This document shows, piece after piece, positions 1 to 8,382 of a stretch of 64,000 nt of DNA. Under the pieces are notes generated by a model. The model searched no databases and was not told the DNA's origin. It was given only the letters and a program-made list of their open reading frames with translations. This DNA comes from Desulfatiglandales bacterium (GTDB taxonomy: Bacteria > Desulfobacterota > DSM-4660 > Desulfatiglandales > Desulfatiglandaceae). Each line of letters opens with the position of its first letter. Position 1 is the stretch's first letter. The DNA lies in contig OY759599.1 of assembly GCA_963662465.1 (NCBI GenBank), positions 160,001 through 224,000 on the forward strand, written 5' to 3'. The translations under genes and the position numbers were made by a program.

Positions 1-1
1 G

Positions 2-451
2 GATGAGCGAACACTCAAGGACAAATCTTGGCCGAAAAGCCCGAATAGTTTAAGCGGGCGTCTGAATAGAGCTTCGGTCTTTTTGGAACATGTGGGTATC
101 AAAATCACGGGGGGGAAAGCAGATAGCAAGCGGTTCATTTCCATCCAGAGAATCAGGGACGATATCAGGGACGATATTGACGATACATCACAAGTATCGT
201 CCACAGGATCGTCCCTGAATAACGTTTGTGGTTCCAATGGGTTGGACAATAGGGACGGTTTGGACGATAAAATACCCCTTCCTTCTGTTGAACAAGAGAA
301 AAAAAGAGAAGAAGGAGAGAGACAAATAGGGGAAAAAGAGAAAAAAGGGGCGAAGGTAAAGGGTAGGGAAAATATCGTCCAAACCGTCCAAACCGTCCAC
401 GGGCATTTCGATGAGGTTGATGTCCTCGAATATGAGGAGGTAATTATCTGA
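2..451 (+). CDS. 3' end of an island primase/helicase-type replication protein (partial, starts before the window)
   Basis: Frame is open from base 2 (DERTLKDKSWPKSPNSLSGRLNRASVFLEHVGIKI...). A WPKSP..LSGRL motif followed by a low-complexity tail (VQTVQT) resembles the C-termini of replication proteins of satellite-like islands. Confidence 0.6.
   Translation, partial: DERTLKDKSWPKSPNSLSGRLNRASVFLEHVGIKITGGKADSKRFISIQRIRDDIRDDIDDTSQVSSTGSSLNNVCGSNGLDNRDGLDDKIPLPSVEQEKKREEGERQIGEKEKKGAKVKGRENIVQTVQTVHGHFDEVDVLEYEEVII
152..398. repeat. Direct and inverted GGACGATA-type iterons inside the rep gene (putative origin)
   Basis: ATCAGGGACGAT x2 (152-175) with inverted copies at 195-218. Perfect 17-bp inverted pair GGACGGTTTGGACGATA (253-269) / TATCGTCCAAACCGTCC (373-389) flanks a purine-rich tract. 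Confidence 0.75.
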
Positions 452-810
452 TGTTGGCAATCAAAATATTGGAAGATTGCAAGGCTCAAGGCATTACCCT
501 TCAGGTGCTTGAAGAAGGTCAGTTAAAGATCAGGGCACCAAAAGGGAAAGCCGACGAAATCCTTTTGAGGTCTATCAAAGACCAGAAAAAGAACCTTATC
601 AGGATTTTGAAGGGCAGGGCTTTTTTTGAGCATCATTTGGACACGGCACTTGCTGAACTCAACCATCTTGGTATCTCCCCCATGGATTATCCAGCGAGTA
701 CAAGACAGAGGGCTTATTCGTTGGAAGGTAAAATTGATGCAGCTGCGAATATGGGTGAAAGGAATCTGTTCTTGGTTTTACTGAAACAATGGCGGGAGTG
801 CTTCAACTGA
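451..810 (+). CDS. Small island protein with a TubC-N-terminal-docking-like domain
   Basis: ILEDCKAQGITLQVLEEGQLKIRAPKG pattern; start overlaps the upstream stop; GAGGAGG RBS. Confidence 0.65.
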   Translation: MLAIKILEDCKAQGITLQVLEEGQLKIRAPKGKADEILLRSIKDQKKNLIRILKGRAFFEHHLDTALAELNHLGISPMDYPASTRQRAYSLEGKIDAAANMGERNLFLVLLKQWRECFN

Positions 811-1082
811 TGAGAAAAACCCTCAAAATAATGGAGGGAATGACACCGGTGGAAGTTAGCATGGACTCCTGCATACTGGCCGCCACGGTTGACGTTGCCT
901 TTGGCAGGATCAGGCTGAGGTGGGCGGGGTTAAATATTCCCTGAGCGAGTTGACGGACCTTCTTAGCCGGGGGGGGGCCGGCGCCGGATCTTCAGTCAGT
1001 CCATCGAGTGAAAAGTGAATTCGAGGGGCAAGTTGTCCTTGCAAAAGAAGCAATAGATTTTGAACCCATATCAAGGTGGTGA
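810..1082 (+). pseudogene. Small hypothetical gene broken by two homopolymer frameshifts
   Basis: ATG at 810 overlaps the previous stop. A protein-like reading (…VKYSLSELTDLLSRG…DLQSVHRVKSEFEGQVV) needs shifts at the T-run ~900 and G-run ~969-977. Confidence 0.45.
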
Positions 1083-1486
1083 AACGTCCAAAAGGAAGAA
1101 ATCATGAAACCACTGATAACGCACACCAGGATGAACCGCATGAAAAAGAAGATGGTGTAACCGCAAAAACTGTCCCCAAACGGAAAAGGCCAGGTAGATA
1201 ATTGAGGGGGAAAGAAGTGATTATAGGCATATCAATGAAGTTGGGAGTGATTAATGAAAAATTCAAATCATTCAGCCCTATTGCCAAGAAACCCGCTCCA
1301 GCAAAAGCCTGTTCCTCCGATGAGCTACCTAAAGACCATTCTCCGAACAGGCTTTTACTTCCGCTCATTTGGGTGGTAAGATTGGCATTGAAATATGCCA
1401 CAGGATTCTGAATATTCCCATTGGTGGGTGCCCTAATGACGTTCGGATTTTCCTTTAAACTTGTTTTCATCCTCTCTATTCGCTTT

Positions 1487-2176
1487 TTAACTGGGGGAAA
1501 TCTGTTGAGCCCTTGCGCTATTTTCCCACTCTTCCGGGTCCGGAGCAGTTCCCGGCGATAACATGACTCCGAAGTTTCCGCTGTGTTCTATTTGCTGTCT
1601 TTCGACATACCCACGGTCTTTGAGCTGGGTCTTGCAAGCGAAAATGATGCTTTGCGTGTCACCGTTTGCGATGTTTTCCATCAGCTTATTTTCGATAAAA
1701 TCCTTTTTGGCTTCTTTTGCGTCTTTATATGCCTGCGCGAATTCCTTATCCTTCTTTTCCCAGTCCCTAAACCGGCTCCTGCTTATGCCGCAGGCCCTGC
1801 AAACCTCGCTGATATTGAATGATAGTTTATCGTATGCGTGCAGCCAGGCAGCTTGGAGCTTCCTTTTCTTTTCTTTATTTTTCTGCACCCTGCGGGCGAT
1901 GATATCGTTCTTTCGTTGTTTTTTTTCTTCTTCAGTTCCGGTTTGTCCGAACTTTTGTCCGGTGCTGCAGGGCCAGGTTTTGTGATTATGCCGCCTTACC
2001 GTTTCACACGTTTCTAGGAAGTCTATGTCCTCTTTTTTCCATCGTGCAACTTTCCTTAATGAAATTCCCAGATCTTGGCATGTGTCGGCTATGGTGATAC
2101 CGCCTGCACAGTATAGTTCAAGCCATTCCTGTTTCTGCTTGTCGTTTAGGATTTTTTGGTTATTTGTCATAGGCAT
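1487..2176 (-). CDS. Terminase small subunit-like protein with tandem HTH domains
   Basis: NISEVCRACGISRSRFRDWEKKDKEF and DFIENKLMENIANGDTQSIIFACKTQLKDRGYVERQQIEHSG resemble TerS-like HTH proteins; second HTH ITIADTCQDLGISLRKVARW; AGGAG RBS. Confidence 0.7.
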   Translation of the reverse strand: MPMTNNQKILNDKQKQEWLELYCAGGITIADTCQDLGISLRKVARWKKEDIDFLETCETVRRHNHKTWPCSTGQKFGQTGTEEEKKQRKNDIIARRVQKNKEKKRKLQAAWLHAYDKLSFNISEVCRACGISRSRFRDWEKKDKEFAQAYKDAKEAKKDFIENKLMENIANGDTQSIIFACKTQLKDRGYVERQQIEHSGNFGVMLSPGTAPDPEEWENSARAQQISPS

Positions 2177-2228
2177 TGGCTTTCTCCTGTTTGTTTGGTC
2201 AGTTATGCCCTTTTTTTAACCATAAATT

Positions 2229-2258
2229 AAATTTATGCAATTTTGCAAGCATAAATTT
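2229..2258. promoter_or_regulatory. Operator-like palindrome upstream of the TerS-like gene
   Basis: AAATTTATGC-N10-GCATAAATTT perfect 10-bp inverted repeat in an AT-rich promoter region. Confidence 0.5.
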
Positions 2259-2415
2259 TTCTTATGGGTCTGTTGCATCATTATAAATTATTTGCAAAAG
2301 CTGTTTTATGTTTATCCTGCGCCAGGAAATGCGTTGATCAATAGTGGAGCTGTGCCGCTTTGCCTCTTTTTTTGGGGGGATACTTTTCGTCGGTGTCTCG
2401 GACCCTACCTCTCCA

Positions 2416-2665
2416 GCGGCCTCCTGGGGTAACTCAGGCCGCGCGTTCGCTCTCCAGTTTGCAGTTTCGTTTTATATTGGCCGGCGCACGGCTCAACGTC
2501 CGCAGGGACTCAAAACTCAACCAGCCGAGCGCCTACATTGCGCTTGCTTGAAGCTGTGGGGCTATGGGTGTTCCATGGGGCCTACGGGTGGGCGTGTACG
2601 AGCGTGAATACCACTATCCTTCCATTTCAGAACCTATCCGCGCGCTTCGTACACGCTCACCCTTG
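2416..2665 (+). ncRNA. Structured RNA/ssDNA motif, copy A (unknown family)
   Basis: Shares ordered conserved blocks and hairpins with 3612-3934; G-T pairs form on the + strand. Confidence 0.5.
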
Positions 2666-2763
2666 TGTCGGAAAGGCATCTTAAGCGCGTTATTCGCAAA
2701 AAAGCCGCGAAAAACGCCATTAAAATGCTAAACCAATTTAATTAAGGGCCAAAACAGTGGAAG

Positions 2764-2842
2764 GCCCTCCACGGAGATCAACCTGGCATGCTCACTGCAA
2801 AAAAAGGGCAACGACCACGCCAGGTTGAACTCCATGAAGGGC
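2764..2842 (-). other. 35-bp imperfect hairpin favoured on the minus strand
   Basis: GCCCTCCACGGAGATCAACCTGGCATGCTCACTGC / GCAACGACCACGCCAGGTTGAACTCCATGAAGGGC; 5 of 7 mismatches are G-T pairs on the minus strand. Confidence 0.7.
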
Positions 2843-2983
2843 GATCAATCTAAATAAAACCCCTGGACGCCAGCTTTTTCCGCAAAATTTGCACTGAGAA
2901 TGGGAACAGTGGCACTGAAGGGATGGCGAACATGCGCGATAGAGCGGCAAGGGCGAATAGGCCCGGGGAAACGAGGGCAGCAA

Positions 2984-3140
2984 GGGCGGACAGGGGCGGT
3001 GACCAGCACCCCGTCGAGACGATGTTCAGGCGGATCAGTGGATAAACGAGTGATCAGCGGGCAAATACCGGGTGGCGCCGGGGCGGTGGTGGGCGAACCC
3101 GAGAGAACGGGCGGACAAGGGCAGTGACCAACACCTCGTC
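2984..3140 (+). repeat. 32-bp direct repeat pair
   Basis: GGGCGGACAGGGGCGGTGACCAGCACCCCGTC (2984-3015) vs GGGCGGACAAGGGCAGTGACCAACACCTCGTC (3109-3140), 28/32 identical. Confidence 0.85.
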
Positions 3141-3154
3141 AGGATGGTACTCAG

Positions 3155-3328
3155 GGGCAACCTGTGAGAATTTGGAGCAACCTATGAGAAACCAAGGGGC
3201 AACCTATGGGGATCGAGAGGGCAACCTCTTATTTTACTCATGGGCAACCTTTCATAATCCGTATTTTTACTCTGGGGCAACCTGTCATTTTATCCAGGGG
3301 CAACCTGTGAAAAACCCAAGAGCAACCC
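3155..3328 (+). repeat. Helically phased iteron array G(G/A)GCAACC(T/C) x8
   Basis: Units start at 3155, 3175, 3197, 3219, 3242, 3275, 3298, 3320 (spacing 20, 22, 22, 23, 33, 23, 22); one more copy near 3562. Confidence 0.9.
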
Positions 3329-3611
3329 ATTCCTTCCCGTCCCAAAACACCGAGGGGCCATAGACCTGGTGAGCAGAGCGCAAGGTTGGCCGCCTGTCCC
3401 AGGAATTGCAGAAGCTATCAGCTCGGGGCGAAGTGGCAATTCCTGGGTCAGCCATAATCTAATGCCCTTCGGGTTTCCCCGCCGGAGGCGTATAAGGAGG
3501 GGCCAAAGACGCGGCGCCGTTCCGGCTTGCAGGCCCATCTTTTTTTTAAGTGGGGAAAAAGGGGCAACCCGCCAGTCTCCAGCAACTCAATCTAAGCCCT
3601 TACGGGAAATT

Positions 3612-3934
3612 CCGTCCGGAGGCCGGTAACCCGCCGGAAGCGTATCAGGCCGCCCGAAGGCGGTCACAATTTGATTACATACCTTTGCAGCGATCTCTTT
3701 CCTTTTATGCACCAGCGCACGGCGGAACATCCTATATTTATTTCAACCTCAACCAGCCGAGCGCTTCCTCTTACAGGGTCTTAATCGGTGGGGCTATGGT
3801 CATTCCATGGAAACGCGGGTGGGCGCAAGGAGCCGCGCTCACCCTTGAGCCAATTTCGAAGTTCAGTATTTCATGGGCAGTCCTCATCCTTAACAACCAG
3901 TCGTCTACCCTGCTTCTGTTACGGCCTCCGGCGG
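3612..3934 (+). ncRNA. Structured RNA/ssDNA motif, copy B (unknown family)
   Basis: Same blocks as copy A; closed by long-range pairing CCGTCCGGAGGCCGGTAAC (3612-3630) with GTTACGGCCTCCGGCGG (3918-3934). Confidence 0.5.
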
Positions 3935-4290
3935 CCCGGTTCCGCGTTGTGCGCGGGTATGAGGAACTTTTCACCATTTTTCCCTATTGGCATGGTTTTT
4001 TGCAGTAAATGCCCGGCTGAAAAGAATGCCCGCATCGCAAAAACCATCGCCAATAGAAAAAAAGGAGAAAAGCTATTCAATAACACCCCTTTGCAGCAAC
4101 CTCTTTTTTCTCTTTATTATCCCTCACCCACATTCCAAGTGACCATCGAACCCTGGTTATCCGGATGTGTCTGCGGACAACAAACATACCAGGACCTTGC
4201 AATTATCCGTATTCTTTTGTCCCTCTGGTACTGGTTATGCGAGGACGTTTCAACTCAACTTTGAAGTTCGATACCAACACGACCGATCAT

Positions 4291-6088
4291 CAGCAATTCC
4301 CGGTCAAGAATTTACTCACAGAGTTTGAAAAACATATTTCAAAAACAAACCCTGAGATCAGATCCTTTTCAGAAAAATTGTATTAAATCCACTATTACCT
4401 CCCTCGATTTCTTGCAGGTTGAGCTTCTTTGACAAGAGTAAGAGCATAAAAGCACGAGTTAGGGCAGAGATATCCATTTCCGGAATCTCCAGTTTTTTAT
4501 TAATGAGAGCATTTTTGTATGCGAACTTGGGCATGACAAATTTAACCACTGTTATATAGAATAACTGGCGCTTGAAACTTTACGCCATAATAGAGGGCTT
4601 CATAGAGCATCCTCATCGATTTGAATTCAAAATCTCTAAACAAAGCTCTCATCCGTTCCCACAATTCCCTTTTTGAGCCGAGTTTATGCCATGCGGCTAT
4701 AAATAGAGGGCAACAAAGCTGTTGAGTTTGATCCACCAAGAATGCCAGCATCATGAGCATCGCAAAAACAACACTCAGATTCTTCTTGCCGAGCCCGTAG
4801 TTGTGTTCAAAATGATATCCTTGGTTCTTAAGAGTATTGAAGGTTTCATTTTCGATCTTCCATCTCGCACGGCCGCCTCGCATTAGCTGGTATGCATTGT
4901 CCTTTCCTATTAAAAAATCTGTCACCCAACTAAAATGTTTTGTTTTTTTCGGTGTAATTTCCCAATATTCCAGAAAGTTAACCAGCATATTCTTGTTAGA
5001 GGCATTGAGAGGTACCTGGTTAATAAATCGGAAACGATGTATTTTTTCCGGATCCTCTTTATCGACCAATTCGAATTCAGTGACGTCACCATTTATCCGC
5101 GCTTGTTCGACGTGATTAAACAAGAAATGGTGATCTCCTTTTTTAACTCCCAGAATATAATGAAAATTTTGCTTTTGTATTTCTTCAATGTGGGGTGCAT
5201 TCGAACTTAACGCGTCCTCTGTTATAATGATAGGCAGATGGGGATGCTCCTCTTTTAGCTTTTGCAAGAAACGTTTCGCGGCATTACGCTCACAGTCGTT
5301 CTTGCTTTGGCCATCCTGCTTGACTATGAATTCCGGAGCAAGCGGAATGACCTCTTTGAAATCCGGATGGACAATTGCTGCCCCCAACATCTGCTGATAA
5401 TAGGTTTTTTCGCCGGTTTTTTTCGATACTTTTACCAAACAACTATCAGAGGAAAGTTTCTTCGATGAGAAGAAACCCGTTCCATCCAAAGATAGAAGAT
5501 AACAACCTTCGAAAAATACCATACGTTCAAGCACCTTTCCCCTTTGCAGTTCCCAGAAGATATTCCTATACGGTTTCCGAAGTTCTTCTGCGAGCACTTC
5601 ATCAAGAATGGTGCGCATCGTACTGTCACATGGGATCTTTCCAATATGGTATATGTTCCCAAGATTACTATCGGTTTTTCTTCTTTCATCAAAGGCAAGC
5701 AACGATGGCTCCTTGAGCGAAAACATTGCAAACCCGGACATCAAGGCATCCGCAATAGTAATATCGGGATCCTCACGGCAGTCAGAGACTTCAGAAAAAT
5801 CTTTATGCAGACGCTTGAAAATTGCATCTGCATTAAGATGCTTGCGAACTCCAATCTTGCCTCTCTCTTTTCTTCCTTTTTGGCTTCTGATTCCCATAGG
5901 CAGTAATCATCGGCCAAGTTGATCTGAAAGTCCAGCTTTTTCTGAGAATTGCCAAAAAAATTCCTGTTTTATTTTAAAAATTGGAGAAAAAAGCCTTTTC
6001 AGGCTATTCATTCAACGTAAAGCTTTACGAAAAGGAAATGCCAAAAGGTACTGTCCTAGCGCCTTTAGAATCTAAGCGGGAATTGCTG
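4291..6088 (-). mobile_element. Complete insertion sequence (ISNCY/IS4-superfamily DDE type)
   Basis: Terminal inverted repeats CAGCAATTCCCG / CGGGAATTGCTG; 9-bp target duplication ACCGATCAT (4282-4290, 6089-6097). Confidence 0.92.
4542..5897 (-). CDS. DDE transposase
   Basis: LSLDGTG, IITEDAL and RARWKIENETFNTLKNQGYHFEHNYG motifs. Confidence 0.92.
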   Translation of the reverse strand: MGIRSQKGRKERGKIGVRKHLNADAIFKRLHKDFSEVSDCREDPDITIADALMSGFAMFSLKEPSLLAFDERRKTDSNLGNIYHIGKIPCDSTMRTILDEVLAEELRKPYRNIFWELQRGKVLERMVFFEGCYLLSLDGTGFFSSKKLSSDSCLVKVSKKTGEKTYYQQMLGAAIVHPDFKEVIPLAPEFIVKQDGQSKNDCERNAAKRFLQKLKEEHPHLPIIITEDALSSNAPHIEEIQKQNFHYILGVKKGDHHFLFNHVEQARINGDVTEFELVDKEDPEKIHRFRFINQVPLNASNKNMLVNFLEYWEITPKKTKHFSWVTDFLIGKDNAYQLMRGGRARWKIENETFNTLKNQGYHFEHNYGLGKKNLSVVFAMLMMLAFLVDQTQQLCCPLFIAAWHKLGSKRELWERMRALFRDFEFKSMRMLYEALYYGVKFQAPVILYNSG

Positions 6089-6096
6089 ACCGATCA

Positions 6097-6414
6097 TTAA
6101 CCCAAAACTGCCGACAGTACCTTGAATGCCAGCTTCAGTTGTTCGGTATCCGCTTGATCCAGGAGAGACGTTATTATGAACTTCCTTTCCACGGGATCTT
6201 CGATTTGAATAAAGCCGAAGATTTCACCCAGATCCACTCCCAATGATTCCGAGAGCTTTATCAAGGTATTAAGGGTCGGATTTTCATTTCCCCTCTCAAT
6301 GCTGCTAAGATATTTCGGGTTGATTTCCATTTTTTCAGACAATTGTTCCTGTGTAAGTCCTTTCTTGTTCCTGACCTCCTTTATTCGTGCCCCGATCATC
6401 TGTTTTTTATCCAC
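6097..6414 (-). CDS. XRE-family HTH transcriptional regulator
   Basis: IGARIKEVRNKKGLTQEQLSEKMEINPKYLSSIERGNENPTLNTLIKLS; likely GTG start at 6414 after GGGGAG (start uncertain). Confidence 0.9.
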   Translation of the reverse strand: MDKKQMIGARIKEVRNKKGLTQEQLSEKMEINPKYLSSIERGNENPTLNTLIKLSESLGVDLGEIFGFIQIEDPVERKFIITSLLDQADTEQLKLAFKVLSAVLG

Positions 6415-6491
6415 GGCCTTTAACTCCCCGTCATTTTTGATTTTTCTAATTGTGACAGAGAGCAAGCCAGTTAAAAACAGCCCCACACACG

Positions 6492-6529
6492 GAATATGTT
6501 TGACATATTCTTGGTGTGAGACTTAGGAT
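6492..6529 (+). promoter_or_regulatory. Sigma70-like promoter with overlapping operator
   Basis: TTGACA (6500-6505)-N18-TAGGAT (6524-6529); palindrome GAATATGT-TTG-ACATATTC (6492-6510) covers the -35. Confidence 0.6.
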
Positions 6530-6605
6530 TCAACTTGTCAGATGGAATTTTGGGTGTATTTGATGTCCTGTGGATGGAACATCTATCTTTCCATTATGGA
6601 AGTGA

Positions 6606-7076
6606 ATGAAAATAGATCAGATAAGGGGATATTTGGTGAAATACTTAATATACCTATTCGGTGCGCTGATTTTAGTTCTGCTTACGCCCACAGTAAACGT
6701 GGAAAAGTTACACTATGAAAAGTGGTATCAAGTTACGCTCAGAGCAAACGGAAAAAAGTTGCACTATGAAAAATGGTATCAGGAGAGATGGTGTAAGGCG
6801 AATGGTGGACAGATGGAAGTGGTATTTCCGGACAAAACCCGATGTGATTGTTTGACGAACACTCACGCCATTGAATTTGATTTTGGAAAAAAATGGGCTG
6901 AATCTATCGGCCAGGCGCTTTACTATTCGATCCAGACGGGAAAAAGGGCAGGGGTAGTACTCATACTGGAAAAACCGGGTGATTATAAATATTGGATTCG
7001 ATTAAATACCATTATTGAGCATTTCAGTTTGCCCATTGACACATGGAAAACAGCGCCACCGGGCGGTCTTGATTGA
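6606..7076 (+). CDS. Protein with N-terminal hydrophobic segment and a PD-(D/E)XK-like domain
   Basis: TM/signal YLIYLFGALILVLL; PDKTRCDCL..HAIEFDF..WAESIGQALYY pattern; internal duplication KLHYEKWYQ x2. Confidence 0.55.
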   Translation: MKIDQIRGYLVKYLIYLFGALILVLLTPTVNVEKLHYEKWYQVTLRANGKKLHYEKWYQERWCKANGGQMEVVFPDKTRCDCLTNTHAIEFDFGKKWAESIGQALYYSIQTGKRAGVVLILEKPGDYKYWIRLNTIIEHFSLPIDTWKTAPPGGLD

Positions 7077-7190
7077 GTAACAAGGCCGCCAAACGAATTC
7101 ACCATGAACCCCCCAAAGATCGAACCCGGTGCAATTGTCTCACCAGGGGACATGCCATAGAGTTTTGTTTCGGTAACAAGTGGCTTAATC
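7073..7190 (+). pseudogene. Degenerate fragment paralogous to 6606-7076
   Basis: KDRTRCNCLTRGHAIEFCFGNKW vs PDKTRCDCLTNTHAIEFDFGKKW. Confidence 0.6.
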
Positions 7191-7212
7191 CACGGGTCGC
7201 TATTACACAATC

Positions 7213-7479
7213 CTACTTTTTCAAGTTTTCAGCTTTTGCTTTCGGCTTTGTGGGAAAGTGATCACACTGTTGGCAAAGTATGTCAATCATTCGCTTCAAG
7301 TTTTCCATGGGGATCATCATGCGAGCCTCTTCCTTTAATCCCTCGGGCAGTGCTGTGCTGAAACGGAGATAATTGAGCCCGTCGCTTCGGGTAGAAATCA
7401 TCAGATTGTCAACGAAAACAGTGGGCAAGTCTTCCTTAATGGGGGGTTGCGGAGTGTCGCCTATTTTCTTATCAGACAT
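7213..7479 (-). CDS. Small protein, third gene of the TA operon (DUF3467-like pattern)
   Basis: PTVFVDNLMIS..LNYLRFS...ARMMIPMENLKRMIDIL; start overlaps the antitoxin stop; GGAGG RBS. Confidence 0.6.
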   Translation of the reverse strand: MSDKKIGDTPQPPIKEDLPTVFVDNLMISTRSDGLNYLRFSTALPEGLKEEARMMIPMENLKRMIDILCQQCDHFPTKPKAKAENLKK

Positions 7480-8029
7480 ATTGATTCCTCCCTATACTCG
7501 TAGTTTGCCTCGGACCACTAGGAAATACCTTTTGAGTACGGCCGTTCCCGGAATTGTCAACATATACCACAATCACCGAAGTTGTTAATTGTGTGGGTCT
7601 GTACACAATTTCATTTTCAGGCTCCACAAGCGGAAAACGGCCATCTTCGGTTTTTTTGAAAAGTTCAACGGACTTCATCAAATAGACCGTCTTATCCGCA
7701 AACTGGGTTTTGAAAATAAATCCTCGACGTATCCTCCGATGTTTGTGAAGGGCCTGACGGGATATTCCTAATATGGTCGCGGCCTGGGTTGCTGTCACAA
7801 AATCTCTGAGGGGAAAAGACTGGAGCATTTCTCCCAGCGCCACTTTTCTGGCTTTTTCAATCTCCAATATTGTGTCAGGGGAATAGGCCAAATCCCCACA
7901 CTCTTCACATTCCACATATTCGACTGCCGGAATGGTGAACGGTCCGACGTACGCATCCTTCAAGTCGAGGTTTCCATGTTTGGTTATGTATTGACCACCG
8001 CATTGATTACATCTCATGATATCCCTCAT
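7472..8029 (-). CDS. MqsA/YgiT-type Zn-finger antitoxin with HTH and C-terminal extension
   Basis: CNQCGG...CEECGD Zn finger; TATQAATILGISRQALHK HTH; ATGA overlap with the toxin. Confidence 0.8.
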   Translation of the reverse strand: MRDIMRCNQCGGQYITKHGNLDLKDAYVGPFTIPAVEYVECEECGDLAYSPDTILEIEKARKVALGEMLQSFPLRDFVTATQAATILGISRQALHKHRRIRRGFIFKTQFADKTVYLMKSVELFKKTEDGRFPLVEPENEIVYRPTQLTTSVIVVYVDNSGNGRTQKVFPSGPRQTTSIGRNQYV

Positions 8030-8367
8030 ATTTTCTTAAAGCTGTCCACCAGCAGAACATTCGTTTTTTTGTCGATGTAGAAGTGGGTATATACATCTTC
8101 ACCCTTCAGGCCATATGCCTTGTAGTAGTCAATAGGTAAATCTTTGTTAAAATAAGAGTTTTCGGTCTTATAAAAATGCTTTTGCTGCAACTTCTTAAAC
8201 GCATCCAGTATGTCAGTCAACTCCCATCCAAAATCCTTGAGCGCACTCTCCAGTGCCTGGGCACGAATCACAACATTTCTCGCTTTGGCAAGCGCCTTGA
8301 CCACCCGAAGACTGTAATACGCCCCTGTTCGCCGGCGAATGGGGTTCTCCTTTTTTCTTTTTACCAT
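8026..8367 (-). CDS. mqsR: MqsR-family mRNA interferase toxin
   Basis: YYSLRVVKAL…ALESALKDFGW…KHFYKT…DYYK…VYTHF…VDSFK resembles MqsR; start at 8367 (ATG) or 8340 (ATT after AAGGAG). Confidence 0.75.
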   Translation of the reverse strand: MVKRKKENPIRRRTGAYYSLRVVKALAKARNVVIRAQALESALKDFGWELTDILDAFKKLQQKHFYKTENSYFNKDLPIDYYKAYGLKGEDVYTHFYIDKKTNVLLVDSFKKI

Positions 8368-8382
8368 AATCTGGCACAGAGG

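Noticed and set aside
1102..1470. 122-aa minus-strand ORF after the TerS-like gene
   Set aside because: Could be real, but has no recognisable motif and poor RBS spacing; not supportable.
3155..3328. CRISPR array
   Set aside because: Repeat is only 9 bp, linkers mostly 11-14 bp, and no cas genes; fits iterons.
2416..3934. Integron attC sites or retron msr-msd
   Set aside because: No RYYYAAC/GTTRRRY ends, no cassette ORFs, and no RT gene in the window.
2235..4264. Short ORFs listed in the track
   Set aside because: No RBS or recognisable motifs; better explained by structured non-coding DNA.
6828..7190. DGR template/variable repeat pair
   Set aside because: Differences are not adenine-specific, many are synonymous, and no reverse transcriptase is present.
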